Part shown: positions 18,129-29,040 of the stretch, piece after piece
Layout: each line of letters starts with the position of its first letter
Position numbering within the stretch: position 1 is the stretch's first letter
Source of the DNA: Terracidiphilus sp.
Lineage (GTDB): Bacteria > Acidobacteriota > Terriglobia > Terriglobales > Acidobacteriaceae
DNA: 64,000 nt
Direction: 5' to 3'
Assembly (NCBI GenBank): GCA_035508975.1
Contig: DATJMC010000110.1
Span: 2,035 to 66,034 of the forward strand
The notes under the pieces: generated by a model
Told to the model about the DNA's origin: nothing
The model's database searches: none
The model's input: the letters and a program-made list of their open reading frames with translations, nothing else
Position numbers and translations under genes: made by a program

Positions 18129-18479
18129 ATGGAAACAAAAACTCTCTACCGTCCGGTCGGCAACAAGGAGCTCGCCTTGATCCGCGAAAGCGGGTGGCTC
18201 GAATTCCCGCCCCGACTGCCCGAACAGCCCATTTTTTATCCCGTCCTGAACGAGGAGTATGCCACTCAGATCGCCCGCGACTGGAACACAAAAGACGGGG
18301 GTACGGGGTACGTGCTTCGCTTTGCGGTCGATGCCGAGTACCTCGCCCAGTTTCCGATCAAGACCGCCGGAGCTCGCGTCCATCAAGAGTATTGGATTCC
18401 CGCCGAGGCGCTGAAGGACTTTAATCTTCACATCGTCGGCCTGATCGAGGTGGTGCGCGAATTTGGCGCGTCTGCGTAG
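18129..18479 (+). CDS. Conserved small protein (family often labelled ADP-ribosylation/crystallin J1-like)
   Basis: LYRPVGNKELALI..FPPRLPEQPIFYPVLNEEYATQIARDWN..EYWIPAE. Function not established. Confidence 0.65.
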   Translation: METKTLYRPVGNKELALIRESGWLEFPPRLPEQPIFYPVLNEEYATQIARDWNTKDGGTGYVLRFAVDAEYLAQFPIKTAGARVHQEYWIPAEALKDFNLHIVGLIEVVREFGASA

Positions 18480-18540
18480 TAGATGTTCGCCTTTTCTTTC
18501 CTCTCGCGCTGCACTATGCTCAGATTGCGTCAAAGTAAAA

Positions 18541-21500
18541 ATGTCCGACCTTCTCGTTCGTTCGACCTCCGATCCCTTTGCCTGCTTCCATCCGGTCACG
18601 GCGGAGTGGTTCCGTGCTGTGTTTGACGCGCCTACGGCTCCGCAGCGTATGGGGTGGCCCGTGATTGCCCGCGGCGAGAGCGCTCTGATCTTTGCGCCCA
18701 CGGGCACCGGCAAGACCCTGACAGCTTTCCTGTGGTGTCTCGATCGATTGATGCTCGGGGACCGGTCAGTCTCGAACCCCTCAGACCCGGTGCGAGCGGC
18801 ACGATACGGCACGCGCATCCTCTACGTTTCCCCGCTCAAGGCCCTCGCGGTTGACGTGGAGCGGAATCTTCGCTCGCCTTTGGCAGGCATCGCCAACATG
18901 GCTCGACGCCGTGGGGTTCCGTTCTACGAGCCCCTCATCAGCGTCAGGACAGGCGATACCTCTCAGCGCGAACGCGCACAATTCCGCCGCCAGCCGGCCG
19001 ACATCCTGATCACCACCCCGGAATCCCTCTACCTGCTGTTGACCTCACAGGCCGCCGAGGCGCTTCGCACTGTCGACACCGTCATTATTGATGAGATCCA
19101 CGCGCTGGTTCCGACCAAGCGCGGAGCCCATCTTGCGCTCTCACTGGAACGCCTCGAAGCGCTCGTTCAGGGTAGGTGGACGCCCGCGGACCGGCCCGCA
19201 TCGACGGGGTGGAGAAAGCCGCTTCAGCGCATCGGACTGTCGGCCACGCAGCGTCCTCTGGAGGAGGTTGCACACTTCCTCGGCGGTGTGGAAATCTCTG
19301 TGGAAAATCCGGTCTCTTCCGAAAGCTCCGACCCAAAGGACGGTCGTAAAAACGTAGGTTTGTCGACAGAACTTCAAGTGCAGGATGAGATCTATGGCGT
19401 GTCGCCCGCCGCACTTGACCTTGCTGAGCCGGAACCCCTGCGGTACCGCCCGGTCACCATAGTCAATGCCAGTGCTGTCAAGCAGTTAAAGCTACGCATC
19501 GAAGTGCCGGTTGAGGATATGGCGCGCCTCGGCGCACTGGAAGAATTGCCCAGCGGTCCCGCTTCGCAGGTGCCGCGCCGAGTTTCAATTTGGAACGCGA
19601 TCCATCCTCGTCTCCTCGAGCTGATTCAGGAGCGGAATTCCACAATCCTGTTTGTCAATGCACGCCAAACCGCCGAGCGTCTCGCTGGGGCCCTCAACGA
19701 TTTGGCCGGGGAGCCGATCTGCCGGGCACACCACGGCTCACTCGCCGCTTCCCAGCGGTCGGTGATTGAAGAACAGCTCAAGGCCGGACAGATCAAGGCC
19801 CTCTGCGCCACCTCGTCCCTTGAACTCGGCATCGACATGGGCGCGGTTGACCTGGTCATCCAGATCGAGTCGCCGCCTTCTGTTGCCAGCGGCATGCAGC
19901 GGATCGGCCGCGCCGGGCACTCGGTCGATGCCGTGAGCGAGGGCGTTCTGTTTCCGAAGTACCGGGCCGATCTGGTTGCCTGCGCGGCCGTCACCCGGGC
20001 GATGCACGAGGGCCATATTGAGTCGACCCGTTTCCCGCGCAACCCGCTGGACGTCCTGGCTCAGCAAATCGTGGCCATCGTGGCACGCCCGCCGGTCAAG
20101 ACAGAGAGCGGAAAAGCAGGGAACGAGGGGATAAGAGAACAAGGGAGCGCGCGCGCAAACGAGTCAGAAAATGAACCGAGCGCCTCATCCTTGCGGCCGC
20201 AGGGACACGAAAAGGCGGATGAGTCTTCTGACGCAGGCGCTTCGGCATCCGAGTCTGCGGCACCGCAGGTGCCTGTCGACGATCTCTACAACCTCGTCCG
20301 CCGCGCGGCGCCTTTCGGCGGCCTCACCCGACCCAGCTTCGAAGGCGTTCTCGACCTCCTCAGCGGCCGTTACCCTTCCGACGAATTTGCCGAGCTGCGC
20401 CCGCGCCTCAACTGGGACCGCATCCGCAATGTCGTCTCGGCCCGCGAAGGGGCTGGGCGCCTTGCGATTCTCAACGCCGGAACCATTCCCGACCGGGGCC
20501 TCTACGGCGTCTTTCTGGCGCATAGCGATGGCAAGTCCGTCCGCGTGGGCGAGCTTGATGAGGAGATGGTCTTCGAGTCGCACCCCAACGAGACCTTCAT
20601 CCTTGGCGCCTCCACCTGGAGGATCGAGGACATCACCTTCGACCGCGTCCTCGTCGTCCCTGCTCCCGGCGAGCCGGGCAAAATGCCTTTTTGGAAAGGC
20701 GACGGTCCCGGGCGCCCGCTTGAATTCGGCCGCCGCATCGGCGCCCTTGTCCGGGAATTGCGCGACTTGCCCAAGCCCGCTGCTCTCGCGCGCCTCGTCG
20801 CCGAACACGATCTTGATCCCAACGCCGCCGAAAACCTGCTGCAATTTCTTGCCGACCAGGAAGCCGCCACGGGGCAGGTTCCCGATGACCGGACAATCGT
20901 GATCGAAAGAGTTCGCGATGAGCTCGGCGACTGGCGCGTCTGTGTGCTCACACCCTTTGGCAGCCGCATCCATATTCCGTGGGCGATGGCGGTCAGCGCG
21001 CGCATTCGCGCCGCCGGCGGCCCCGAAGTCGAAGCTCTCTGGGGAGACGACGGCTTTGTCTTGCGCTTTCCCGACACCGACGCACCCCCTGATCCCGACT
21101 GGTTTCTGGTCGAGTCGGCCGAGGCCATGCAGCTGGTCCTGCGCCAGCTGGGATCGACGGCGTTATTCGCGGGCCGTTTCCGCGAAGCCGCAGGGCGGGC
21201 TCTGTTGCTTCCGCGCCGCTGGCCCAATCAGCGTTCGCCTCTCTGGCAACTCCGCAAGCGCTCTTACGATCTGCTGAGCGTCGCATCGCGCTATCCCTCG
21301 TTCCCGCTCCTGCTCGAGGCCTATCGTGAGTGCCTGCGCGACTACTTCGATATGCCTGCGCTGCTTGAAACCCTCCGCGCCATCGAACAGCGGCAGCTCA
21401 GGGTCCACACCGTCGAAACCCGCAAGCCTTCTCCATTCGCCTCGTCGCTGCTCTTCAGCTATGTCGCCAACTTTGTCTACGACGGCGACGCGCCCCTGGC

Positions 21501-23553
21501 CGAGCGCCGCGCGCAGGCTCTCACCATCGACCAGGACCAGCTGCGCGAGCTCTTAGGCGAAGCCGACCTTCGCGAGTTGCTCGACCCCGACGCCATCGCC
21601 GAGGTGGAAGAATCCGCGCAGTGCCTCGCCGAGAACCTGCGCGCGCGAACTCCCGACGGCCTTCATGATTTGTGCCTGCGCCTCGGCGACCTCTCGCCCG
21701 ATGAGATGGCTCGCCGTTCTGCCAATGCGACACTGCTTGAAGCCCTGCCGCGCATGGTCCGAGCCCGCCGTCTGCTCGAAGTGAAGATTGCCGGCGAGCG
21801 CCGCTTGGTTGCCGCCGAGGATGCGGCGCGTTATCGCGACGCACTTGGCATTCCCCTGCCGCCGGGTCTGCCCACCGCGCTGCTTGAACCCGTGGCACAG
21901 CCTGTGCTCGAACTGGTCCGCCGCTACGCCCGTACGCACGGTCCCTTCACGGTGCGCGACATCGCCGATCGTTTTGCACTCGACTCAGGCGTCGTGGAAA
22001 AGGAGCTTCATCTCCTGGCGCACGACGGGCGCGTTCTGGAAGGCGGATTTCGTCCCGCCGGTTTTCATCGAGAGTGGTGCGATGCAGAGATCCTGCGACA
22101 GATCCGGCGCAAATCGCTCGCCAGGCTGCGCCGCGAAGTTGAGCCCGTGGAGCAGCACACGCTGGCGCGCTTCTTCACGCATTGGCAAGGATTGCTCGCG
22201 CCGCGGCGCAGCGGCCCCGCCCATCTCGATTCGCTTCTCGACTGCGTCGAAAGCCTGCAGGGCGCGCCCATTCCCGCGTCGCTGCTCGAGACTTCGGTTC
22301 TGCCTTCGCGAGTCTCCGGTTACGAGCCCGCCGGTCTCGATACCCTCATCGCCGCCGGAGAAGTGGCATGGGCCGGCGTCGAGCCCATTGGCGAGCGCGA
22401 CGGCCGCATCGCTTTGTTTCTTGCCGACAAGCTGCCGCTCCTCGCGCAGCAGCGCCCGCAGAGCGAGCCCCTCAGCGAAAGGGAAGTGAAGTTGCTCGCA
22501 GTTCTGGAGTCCAACGGCGCGAGCTTTTTCGATCCTCTGCACCAGGCCGTCGGCGGAGGCTATCCCGGCGAGTCGATCGATGCGCTCTGGAGCCTGGTCT
22601 GGCGCGGACTCGTCACCAACGATTCGCTCCACGCACTGCGAGCCTACATCACTCGTCCTGAGAGCGCCCGCGCGCCGCGCCGCCTGCAAACAGGCATGGT
22701 CTTCCGCTCGCGCCGCACCACCCCGCCCAATGCGCAAGGACGCTGGGCCTTGTTGCCGGCGAAGAATTCCGGCGCGAAGGATGCGGGTGTTGGCCTCCGC
22801 AGCGGCGTAGCTCAGGAGTTGGCCGCAAAAAACGTCCCCACTGCGACTGAGTCCAGACATGCGCTCGCTTTGCAGCTTCTCAATCGCTACGGCGTTCTCA
22901 CCCGCGAATCCGTCGCTGCCGAAAACATCCCTGGGGGCTTTAGTGCCGTCTATGACGTGCTGAAAGCTCTGGAAGAGTCCGGCCGCATTCGCCGCGGCTA
23001 TTTTGTTGCCGGGCTCGGCGCGACACAGTTCGCGCTGCCCGCTGCGCTCGATCTCCTGCGCCAGCTCCGCACCGAGCCTCCGGCGGAAAGGCCTGAGTTC
23101 GTCCAGCTGGCCGCGTCCGATCCCGCCAATCCCTACGGCTCGGTCCTGCACTGGCCCGAACTGCCCCCTTTGGAGGAGGATTCGGATGCAGCTCCACGTG
23201 TGCTCACCCGCGCCGCTTACGCAGAGGTGATCCTGCGCAACGGCCGCCTCATCGCCTGGCTCCGCCGCAGCAATCCCAACTTGCTCGTTTTTCTCCCTGC
23301 CGACGAGCCGGAGCGCTCCCAGGTTGCGGCGGGCCTTGCGCATTTTCTCTGTGCCCGCGGCCAGGAGCGCATGCTGGGGGCGCGCCATCAAGGCGTGCTC
23401 ATTACCTCGATCAACGGCCAGCCGGTCGCCGCGCACTTCCTCGCGCGTTTTCTCATGGATGCCGGCTTCTACTCCGGCCCGCTCGGCATGCACCTGCGCC
23501 GCATCCCCATGCCCGTCGCTCATCACGACTCTTTCACCGGCGAGTTGCAATGA
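18541..23553 (+). CDS. lhr: Long Lhr-family SF2 helicase with C-terminal winged-helix extension
   Basis: APTGTGKT, SPLKALA, DEIH, SAT, LELGIDMG, QRIGRAGH. C-terminal RRGYFV..GATQFA..ASDPANPYG. ATG at 18541 preferred. Confidence 0.92.
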   Translation: MSDLLVRSTSDPFACFHPVTAEWFRAVFDAPTAPQRMGWPVIARGESALIFAPTGTGKTLTAFLWCLDRLMLGDRSVSNPSDPVRAARYGTRILYVSPLKALAVDVERNLRSPLAGIANMARRRGVPFYEPLISVRTGDTSQRERAQFRRQPADILITTPESLYLLLTSQAAEALRTVDTVIIDEIHALVPTKRGAHLALSLERLEALVQGRWTPADRPASTGWRKPLQRIGLSATQRPLEEVAHFLGGVEISVENPVSSESSDPKDGRKNVGLSTELQVQDEIYGVSPAALDLAEPEPLRYRPVTIVNASAVKQLKLRIEVPVEDMARLGALEELPSGPASQVPRRVSIWNAIHPRLLELIQERNSTILFVNARQTAERLAGALNDLAGEPICRAHHGSLAASQRSVIEEQLKAGQIKALCATSSLELGIDMGAVDLVIQIESPPSVASGMQRIGRAGHSVDAVSEGVLFPKYRADLVACAAVTRAMHEGHIESTRFPRNPLDVLAQQIVAIVARPPVKTESGKAGNEGIREQGSARANESENEPSASSLRPQGHEKADESSDAGASASESAAPQVPVDDLYNLVRRAAPFGGLTRPSFEGVLDLLSGRYPSDEFAELRPRLNWDRIRNVVSAREGAGRLAILNAGTIPDRGLYGVFLAHSDGKSVRVGELDEEMVFESHPNETFILGASTWRIEDITFDRVLVVPAPGEPGKMPFWKGDGPGRPLEFGRRIGALVRELRDLPKPAALARLVAEHDLDPNAAENLLQFLADQEAATGQVPDDRTIVIERVRDELGDWRVCVLTPFGSRIHIPWAMAVSARIRAAGGPEVEALWGDDGFVLRFPDTDAPPDPDWFLVESAEAMQLVLRQLGSTALFAGRFREAAGRALLLPRRWPNQRSPLWQLRKRSYDLLSVASRYPSFPLLLEAYRECLRDYFDMPALLETLRAIEQRQLRVHTVETRKPSPFASSLLFSYVANFVYDGDAPLAERRAQALTIDQDQLRELLGEADLRELLDPDAIAEVEESAQCLAENLRARTPDGLHDLCLRLGDLSPDEMARRSANATLLEALPRMVRARRLLEVKIAGERRLVAAEDAARYRDALGIPLPPGLPTALLEPVAQPVLELVRRYARTHGPFTVRDIADRFALDSGVVEKELHLLAHDGRVLEGGFRPAGFHREWCDAEILRQIRRKSLARLRREVEPVEQHTLARFFTHWQGLLAPRRSGPAHLDSLLDCVESLQGAPIPASLLETSVLPSRVSGYEPAGLDTLIAAGEVAWAGVEPIGERDGRIALFLADKLPLLAQQRPQSEPLSEREVKLLAVLESNGASFFDPLHQAVGGGYPGESIDALWSLVWRGLVTNDSLHALRAYITRPESARAPRRLQTGMVFRSRRTTPPNAQGRWALLPAKNSGAKDAGVGLRSGVAQELAAKNVPTATESRHALALQLLNRYGVLTRESVAAENIPGGFSAVYDVLKALEESGRIRRGYFVAGLGATQFALPAALDLLRQLRTEPPAERPEFVQLAASDPANPYGSVLHWPELPPLEEDSDAAPRVLTRAAYAEVILRNGRLIAWLRRSNPNLLVFLPADEPERSQVAAGLAHFLCARGQERMLGARHQGVLITSINGQPVAAHFLARFLMDAGFYSGPLGMHLRRIPMPVAHHDSFTGELQ

Positions 23554-23577
23554 TGGCAATGCATTCGATCCAGAAAA

Positions 23578-24435
23578 ATGCCTGAAGGCGATACCATCTT
23601 TCGCACCGCGCGTGCTCTCGGTCGCGCTCTGGTCGGCCATCCCATCACCGGCTTTCGTTCTAACTATCCGCTGCTGACGCGCGCTCACGACGATACCCCC
23701 GTGACCGGCCAGGTGGTCGAACGCGTCGAGTCCCGCGGCAAGTGGGTGCTGATTCATTTTTCGGCGGGAGGCATTCTCGCCACGCATATGCGCATGTCGG
23801 GCAGCTGGCACATCTACCGGCCCGGCGAGCGATGGCAGCAGCCCGGTCGCGACATGCGCATCGTGATCGAAAACAGCCGCTTCCAGGCAGTCGGATTCCG
23901 CATCCCGATCGCCGAGATGCATACCGCGCAATCGCTCCTGCGCGATCGCCGTATTCCGCATCCCGAGACTGACGTGCTCAGTCCGGCTTTCGATGTCGAC
24001 TTTGTCGCTGCCAGGATACGCGCATGCGCCGGCGAAGAGATCGGCGACGTGCTGCTGCACCAGGACGTGCTTGCCGGTGTCGGCAACGTTTTCAAGTCCG
24101 AAGTCTGTTTCGTCGCGGGCATCAATCCATTTCGCAAAGTTGGAGAGCTTCAGCCCATGGAGATCGATGCGTTGATCAGCTGCGCGCAACGCCTTCTTGC
24201 GGAGAATGTGCTCGAAGATTCCGGCAATTCCATCGTTACCTATCGCGGCCGCCGTCGCCGCACCACGCATCAAGCGGATCCTGGTGCCAGCCTCTGGGTG
24301 TACGGCCGCACCGGAACGGCCTGCCGTCGCTGCGGTGCGACCATTTGCAGCCGCGCGCAAGGTGTGGGGGTGCGCACCACTTTCTGGTGTCCGCAATGCC
24401 AGCCCGCATCCGGCAAACCCGGGTCTGACCGTTGA
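23578..24435 (+). CDS. nei: Fpg/Nei family DNA glycosylase (Nei2-like)
   Basis: N-terminal MPEG, HMRMSG, H2TH LLHQDVLAGVGNVFKSE, zinc finger CRRC..CPQC. Confidence 0.9.
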   Translation: MPEGDTIFRTARALGRALVGHPITGFRSNYPLLTRAHDDTPVTGQVVERVESRGKWVLIHFSAGGILATHMRMSGSWHIYRPGERWQQPGRDMRIVIENSRFQAVGFRIPIAEMHTAQSLLRDRRIPHPETDVLSPAFDVDFVAARIRACAGEEIGDVLLHQDVLAGVGNVFKSEVCFVAGINPFRKVGELQPMEIDALISCAQRLLAENVLEDSGNSIVTYRGRRRRTTHQADPGASLWVYGRTGTACRRCGATICSRAQGVGVRTTFWCPQCQPASGKPGSDR

Positions 24436-24477
24436 GTCTTGCCCGCGCGAAGCGCGTCCGCCTCGATGGCAGAATCC

Positions 24478-26913
24478 CTAGTTTCCAGGTTTGCCCAGGC
24501 CGAAGAGCTTCTGGAAGATGTTGCGATGATCGGGAGGATGATCGCACGTATCGGTCGGAGCGGTGCCGTCGAGAAATGCCGCGTCATAGGAATCCGGGCA
24601 TGCTGCGTCGCTGAGCAGGTTGCTCGCCTTGTCGAGGCTCACCACTTCGACGCCGTCGGGCGGCTCAAATTCGTGGGTATCGCTGTATTGCGGCAACTGC
24701 ACCGCTTTCTTCATGAAATTTGCCCAGATCGGTCCGGCTGCGTCGGCGCCTTCCAGCTTGATGTCGGAGTAGTCGTCGTTGCCCACCCACACCACGCAGA
24801 GCAAGTTGGTCGTGAATCCCGCAAACCATGCGTCGTGCGCCGTGCCAGTCTTGCCCGCGGCGGGCGATACAAATCCCATGTTGCGGACGCCGGCGCCGGT
24901 GCCGCAGAAGTCTCGCCCTCCAATCCGGCAGCCATCTTTCCCGTTCCCTTGCAGAACCGCTTCCATCAGGGAGGTCGTGAGAAACGCAACACGCGGATCG
25001 AGCACCTGCCGCGAAGCGGGGGTATAGTCCTGCATCACGTCGCCCTTGGGGGTGCGTACGCTGGCTAGCAGCCAGGGCTCCAGGTGCAGGCCGTTGTTGG
25101 CGAAGACTGTATACGCGCCCGCCATGTCCAGAGGAGTCGCGTCATAGGCCCCGATCGCCATCGCCGGAGTTCCGCGCGCGCTCTTGATGCCGGCGTCGCG
25201 TGCCAGCGCTGCCACGCGATCGAACCCCACCATCGACGCCAGCGCGATGGTCGCGTTGTTGTCTGAACGCTGCAGAGCATAGCGCGCCGTGACATCTCCG
25301 TAGTACTCACCTTTGTAGTTGCGCGGCGTGTATTCCTGGTTGGTGCCCAGGTCATAGGTGGTTTGCGCATCGCTCAGCAGCGTCACCGGAGAGAAAAGCT
25401 TGTCCTGCCCCGGAAGCAACGTGCCCTCGGCCGCGGTCACAAAGGCAGCCGCGTAGACGAACGGCTTGAAAATGGAGCCGGTCGGCCGATGCGCGACCGC
25501 GTGATTCACCTGGCTGGCTCCGTAGCTTCGGCCACCCACGAGGGCCAGCACCTGACCGGTGTGCGGATTCAACGCGACCAGCGCCACCTGAGGATAGATG
25601 TTGTCGAAGGGCAGTCCGCGTTTCTTGGCGCGCGCATGCAGACGATCAACCTGGGCATCCACCACCGGCATCGTCGACTCCACGGCCTCGGTCGCCAGCG
25701 TCTGCAGACCCGGATCCAGCGAAGTGTAGATCCGCAATCCCTCGGCGTTGAAGTCGCGATCGCCGAGCTTCTGCGTCAGCTCGTCGCGAACCAGGTCGAC
25801 AAAGTAGGGAGCCTCGCTCGCGTCCACGCTACCCGCGGTCAGATGCAGGGGCTGTTCCTTGGCCTGCTCGGCTTGTTCCTTGGTGATGGCGCCGGTCTCC
25901 ACCATCGAGTCGAGCACCAGGTTGCGGCGTTCCATCGCGCGTTCGGGATGCCGGAAGGGGCTCAGTCGGTTCGGGCTCTGGATGATGCCTGCCAGCAGCG
26001 CGCACTCCGGCAGATCCAGCTGCCGCACGTCTTTGCCGAAATAAGCCTGCGCCGCCTCGCCAAAACCGTTGATGGCGAAGCTGCCCCGCTGCCCGAGATT
26101 GATCTCGTTGGCGTACATGCCGAAGATCTGCTGCTTCGTAAAACGATGTTCCAGCTGGAAGGTGATGACGATTTCCTTCAGCTTGCGCTTGATGCGCCGC
26201 TCGGGGGTCAAGAAGAAGCCGCGTGCCAGCTGCATGGTCAGCGTCGATCCACCCTCCACGTAGCGGTGACCCGGCTTGAGATCGTTCACGATCGCGCCCA
26301 TCAGGCGGACGAAGTCCACGCCGCCGTGATCGAAGAAGCGCCGGTCCTCGATGGCGACCACGGCGTGCACCAGGTTCGGCGGCAATTCGTCATACGTCAC
26401 AATTCGCCGCTTGATGCGGTTGGCGTCGCTCAGCCCGGTGATGAGCAGCGGTTCCAGCTCGTAGCTGGCCAGGGGCTGCCCGTGCTCGTCGCTGATCGAT
26501 TGCACCTGGCCGCCGCTGATGTGAATCGTCGCCGAGTCTTCAGAGTGGTACGACTGCGGTCCGGGCCTGACCGTGATGCCGTCTCCCGCTTCGGTATACG
26601 TTCCCAGCGGAGAAGCCTTGGCCGCATCGTCGGTCGTGTACCCGGCCTCGCGCAGCTCCCGCGAAATGAGCGGAAGGCTGAGCTTCTGCCCGGGACGCAC
26701 CTCGCGCGGCGCCGCGTAGATCTTTGCTGTTTCCGCGAACAGCGGCTGCTTGAGCCGCGCATCCACGATCCCTTCGTACTTGTAGTAGTAGAAGGTGAAG
26801 ACGCCGACCATCGAGACGGTCAGGACCGCGACGCCCAAAAGCGCCACACGCAGAGCCAGCATCGTCCAGGGGTGATTGCCGGACGGCATCGCCAGTTTGA
26901 TCTTTAATGCCAT
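24478..26913 (-). CDS. mrcB: Class A penicillin-binding protein (PBP1B-like)
   Basis: EDRRFFDHGG, GGSTLTMQL, RKLKE (glycosyltransferase). GSIFKPF, SDN, KTG (transpeptidase). UB2H-like insert after the TM helix. Confidence 0.85.
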   Translation of the reverse strand: MALKIKLAMPSGNHPWTMLALRVALLGVAVLTVSMVGVFTFYYYKYEGIVDARLKQPLFAETAKIYAAPREVRPGQKLSLPLISRELREAGYTTDDAAKASPLGTYTEAGDGITVRPGPQSYHSEDSATIHISGGQVQSISDEHGQPLASYELEPLLITGLSDANRIKRRIVTYDELPPNLVHAVVAIEDRRFFDHGGVDFVRLMGAIVNDLKPGHRYVEGGSTLTMQLARGFFLTPERRIKRKLKEIVITFQLEHRFTKQQIFGMYANEINLGQRGSFAINGFGEAAQAYFGKDVRQLDLPECALLAGIIQSPNRLSPFRHPERAMERRNLVLDSMVETGAITKEQAEQAKEQPLHLTAGSVDASEAPYFVDLVRDELTQKLGDRDFNAEGLRIYTSLDPGLQTLATEAVESTMPVVDAQVDRLHARAKKRGLPFDNIYPQVALVALNPHTGQVLALVGGRSYGASQVNHAVAHRPTGSIFKPFVYAAAFVTAAEGTLLPGQDKLFSPVTLLSDAQTTYDLGTNQEYTPRNYKGEYYGDVTARYALQRSDNNATIALASMVGFDRVAALARDAGIKSARGTPAMAIGAYDATPLDMAGAYTVFANNGLHLEPWLLASVRTPKGDVMQDYTPASRQVLDPRVAFLTTSLMEAVLQGNGKDGCRIGGRDFCGTGAGVRNMGFVSPAAGKTGTAHDAWFAGFTTNLLCVVWVGNDDYSDIKLEGADAAGPIWANFMKKAVQLPQYSDTHEFEPPDGVEVVSLDKASNLLSDAACPDSYDAAFLDGTAPTDTCDHPPDHRNIFQKLFGLGKPGN

Positions 26914-26995
26914 CGTGACTCCTGATCGCCGCGCCGCGTGCTTGGCGCCCGGGCCCCGGTTGCGGCCCAGCGAAAGCGATCGCAAACGAATGCGT

Positions 26996-28807
26996 CTAGC
27001 CCTCTACCTCATTCAGCAGAACGTCTTCCTGCACCTGGCTCTTCAAATGTGCGGCCACCTCGCCAATTGCTATCTCCTGCTTGGCTCCGGTTGCGCGCGT
27101 CACGAACTCCACCATTCCATTCGCGACTCCCTTGCCCACCACAACGCGAAAGGGGATTCCCACCAGATCTGCATCTTTGAATTTGACGCCGGCGCGTTCA
27201 TCCCGGTCATCGAGCAGCACATCCATCCCCGCCGCTTCGAGCTCCGCCGCCAGCTTCTCGCCTGTCGTCTTCAGCTTCTCGTCGGTCATATTGGTTACGG
27301 TCACCACCACCGTGAAAGGCGCAATCGACTCAGGTAGCCAGAAGCCGTTCGCGTCGTTGGCCTGCTCGACGGCGGCGGTCAGGATGCGCTCGATGCCGAT
27401 GCCGTAGCAGCCCATGATCGGGGCGACCTCCTTGCCGTTCTCATCCAGCACCCGCGCGCCCATCGATTCCGTATATCTGTAGCCCAGCTTGAAGATGTGC
27501 CCAACTTCGACGGCCTTGCCCACCACCAGCTTTCCGCCGTTGGTGCCTTTCGCAACGCATCGGGCTGATGCGCAGGCTTCTCCCTCGTTCACGCTGCGGA
27601 TGTCCGCGCTCAGGGTCCACGTGAAGTCGCGGCCCGGCGTGACGTTGCGCAAGTGATAGTCGGCCTTGTTCGCGCCGCAGACCATGTTTTTGCGGCCTTC
27701 GAGAGATCGGTCGATCACCACGGTGAGTCCGTCGCCCAGAGGCTGATCCCCGTGTGTCAGCCCGACCGGTCCCAGATAGCCCGCCGGTCCGTTGAAATAC
27801 TGCGACAGCTCCTCGGCCTGCATGGTGCGGAGTTCCGCCCCTCCAATCACGCCCAGAAGCTTGGTCTCGTTCACCTGGTGGTCCCCGCGCAGGAAGGTCG
27901 CCACGCCATGCCACGTGTCCTTGGCTCCGCGCGCGCCGCGCTTGAGCGCCATGTAGGCCACGCACTTGATGTCGCTCGCCGGCGAAATTTTGAAGAACTC
28001 GGCTACATCGCTGATCGCCGCGCATCCCGGCGTATGGACCAGCTCGGGTTTGCCATCGCCGGTCGGCTCCATTTCGCTGACCGGATCGAGGCGCGAAATC
28101 GCCTTCTCAAGATTCGCCGCGTAGCCGCATACCGGGCAGCTTGCAATCAGGTCCTCGCCCGCGTCGGTGTAGACCATGAACTCCTGCGATTGCGACCCGC
28201 CCATCGCTCCCGAATCGGCTTCGACAGAAACAAACTTCAACCCGCAGCGCGTGAAGATCGCGCGATAGACCTTGTCGTGCAGATCGAAGCTCTTGTCGAG
28301 ACCGGCCTGGTTGAGATCGAAGGAGTACGCGTCCTTCATGATGAATTGGCGCACCCGCAGCAATCCGCCCTTGGGCCGCGGCTCATCGCGAAACTTGGTC
28401 TGGATCTGATACCAAATCTGCGGCAGCTGCTTATAGCTGCGCAACTCGTTGCGCGCGACTGCGGTCACGATCTCCTCGTGCGTCATGCCCAGGCACATCT
28501 CCGCACCTTTGCGGTCTTTCAGCCGGAACATGTTGTCGCCCATCGTCGCCCAGCGGCCGCTCTCGGCCCAGGGCTCTTTGGGCAGGATTCCCGGCAAGTA
28601 GAATTCCTGCCCGATCCTGTCCATCTCTTCGCGCACGATCGCAATGATCTTGTTCAGCGACCGCTGCCCGAGAAACAGGTAGTTGTAAAGGCCCGCACTC
28701 AGCTGCCGAATGTAGCCGGCTCGGAGGAGGAACTTGTGACTGGCCACTTCGGCGTCTGCCGGGGCCTCGCGAAGGGTAGGAATAAAAAGCTTCGACCAAC
28801 GGTGCAT
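26996..28807 (-). CDS. proS: Prolyl-tRNA synthetase
   Basis: [24 protein letters not shown], editing insertion, [20 protein letters not shown]. Start at MHRWSKLF. Confidence 0.96.
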   Translation of the reverse strand: MHRWSKLFIPTLREAPADAEVASHKFLLRAGYIRQLSAGLYNYLFLGQRSLNKIIAIVREEMDRIGQEFYLPGILPKEPWAESGRWATMGDNMFRLKDRKGAEMCLGMTHEEIVTAVARNELRSYKQLPQIWYQIQTKFRDEPRPKGGLLRVRQFIMKDAYSFDLNQAGLDKSFDLHDKVYRAIFTRCGLKFVSVEADSGAMGGSQSQEFMVYTDAGEDLIASCPVCGYAANLEKAISRLDPVSEMEPTGDGKPELVHTPGCAAISDVAEFFKISPASDIKCVAYMALKRGARGAKDTWHGVATFLRGDHQVNETKLLGVIGGAELRTMQAEELSQYFNGPAGYLGPVGLTHGDQPLGDGLTVVIDRSLEGRKNMVCGANKADYHLRNVTPGRDFTWTLSADIRSVNEGEACASARCVAKGTNGGKLVVGKAVEVGHIFKLGYRYTESMGARVLDENGKEVAPIMGCYGIGIERILTAAVEQANDANGFWLPESIAPFTVVVTVTNMTDEKLKTTGEKLAAELEAAGMDVLLDDRDERAGVKFKDADLVGIPFRVVVGKGVANGMVEFVTRATGAKQEIAIGEVAAHLKSQVQEDVLLNEVEG

Positions 28808-28924
28808 AGTGAAAGAAGTCAAACGTGCTTTCCCGCCCGTCGTCTCCAGCCAACAGCCCTTTCGGGCCTGCCCGATTCGCGACGGACGCAAGGCGATCAA
28901 ACGAATCAGATTCCATTCTAAATG

Positions 28925-29030
28925 TTTGCGGAGTTGGACGGCTCCGCCTCGCGGTGTTCGCGGTTTTGGAGATGTCCGCCGTCTCCCCGCTCGCCTGTCC
29001 ATGTTTCCGGGCTCCTGCTGCTCCTTTGCG
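28925..29030 (-). ncRNA. Candidate GGA-rich small RNA or leader (Rsm/Csr-like)
   Basis: 7 GGA motifs in about 80 nt just downstream of a sigma54 motif, with a 3' hairpin at 28928-28947. Confidence 0.3.
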
Positions 29031-29040
29031 AAGACAGATG

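Noticed and set aside
19287-19307. Two DnaA-box-like TGTGGAAA words
   Set aside because: They lie inside the lhr CDS, are imperfect, and have no oriC context.
21985-24396. 803-aa antisense ORF
   Set aside because: Shadow of lhr and nei.
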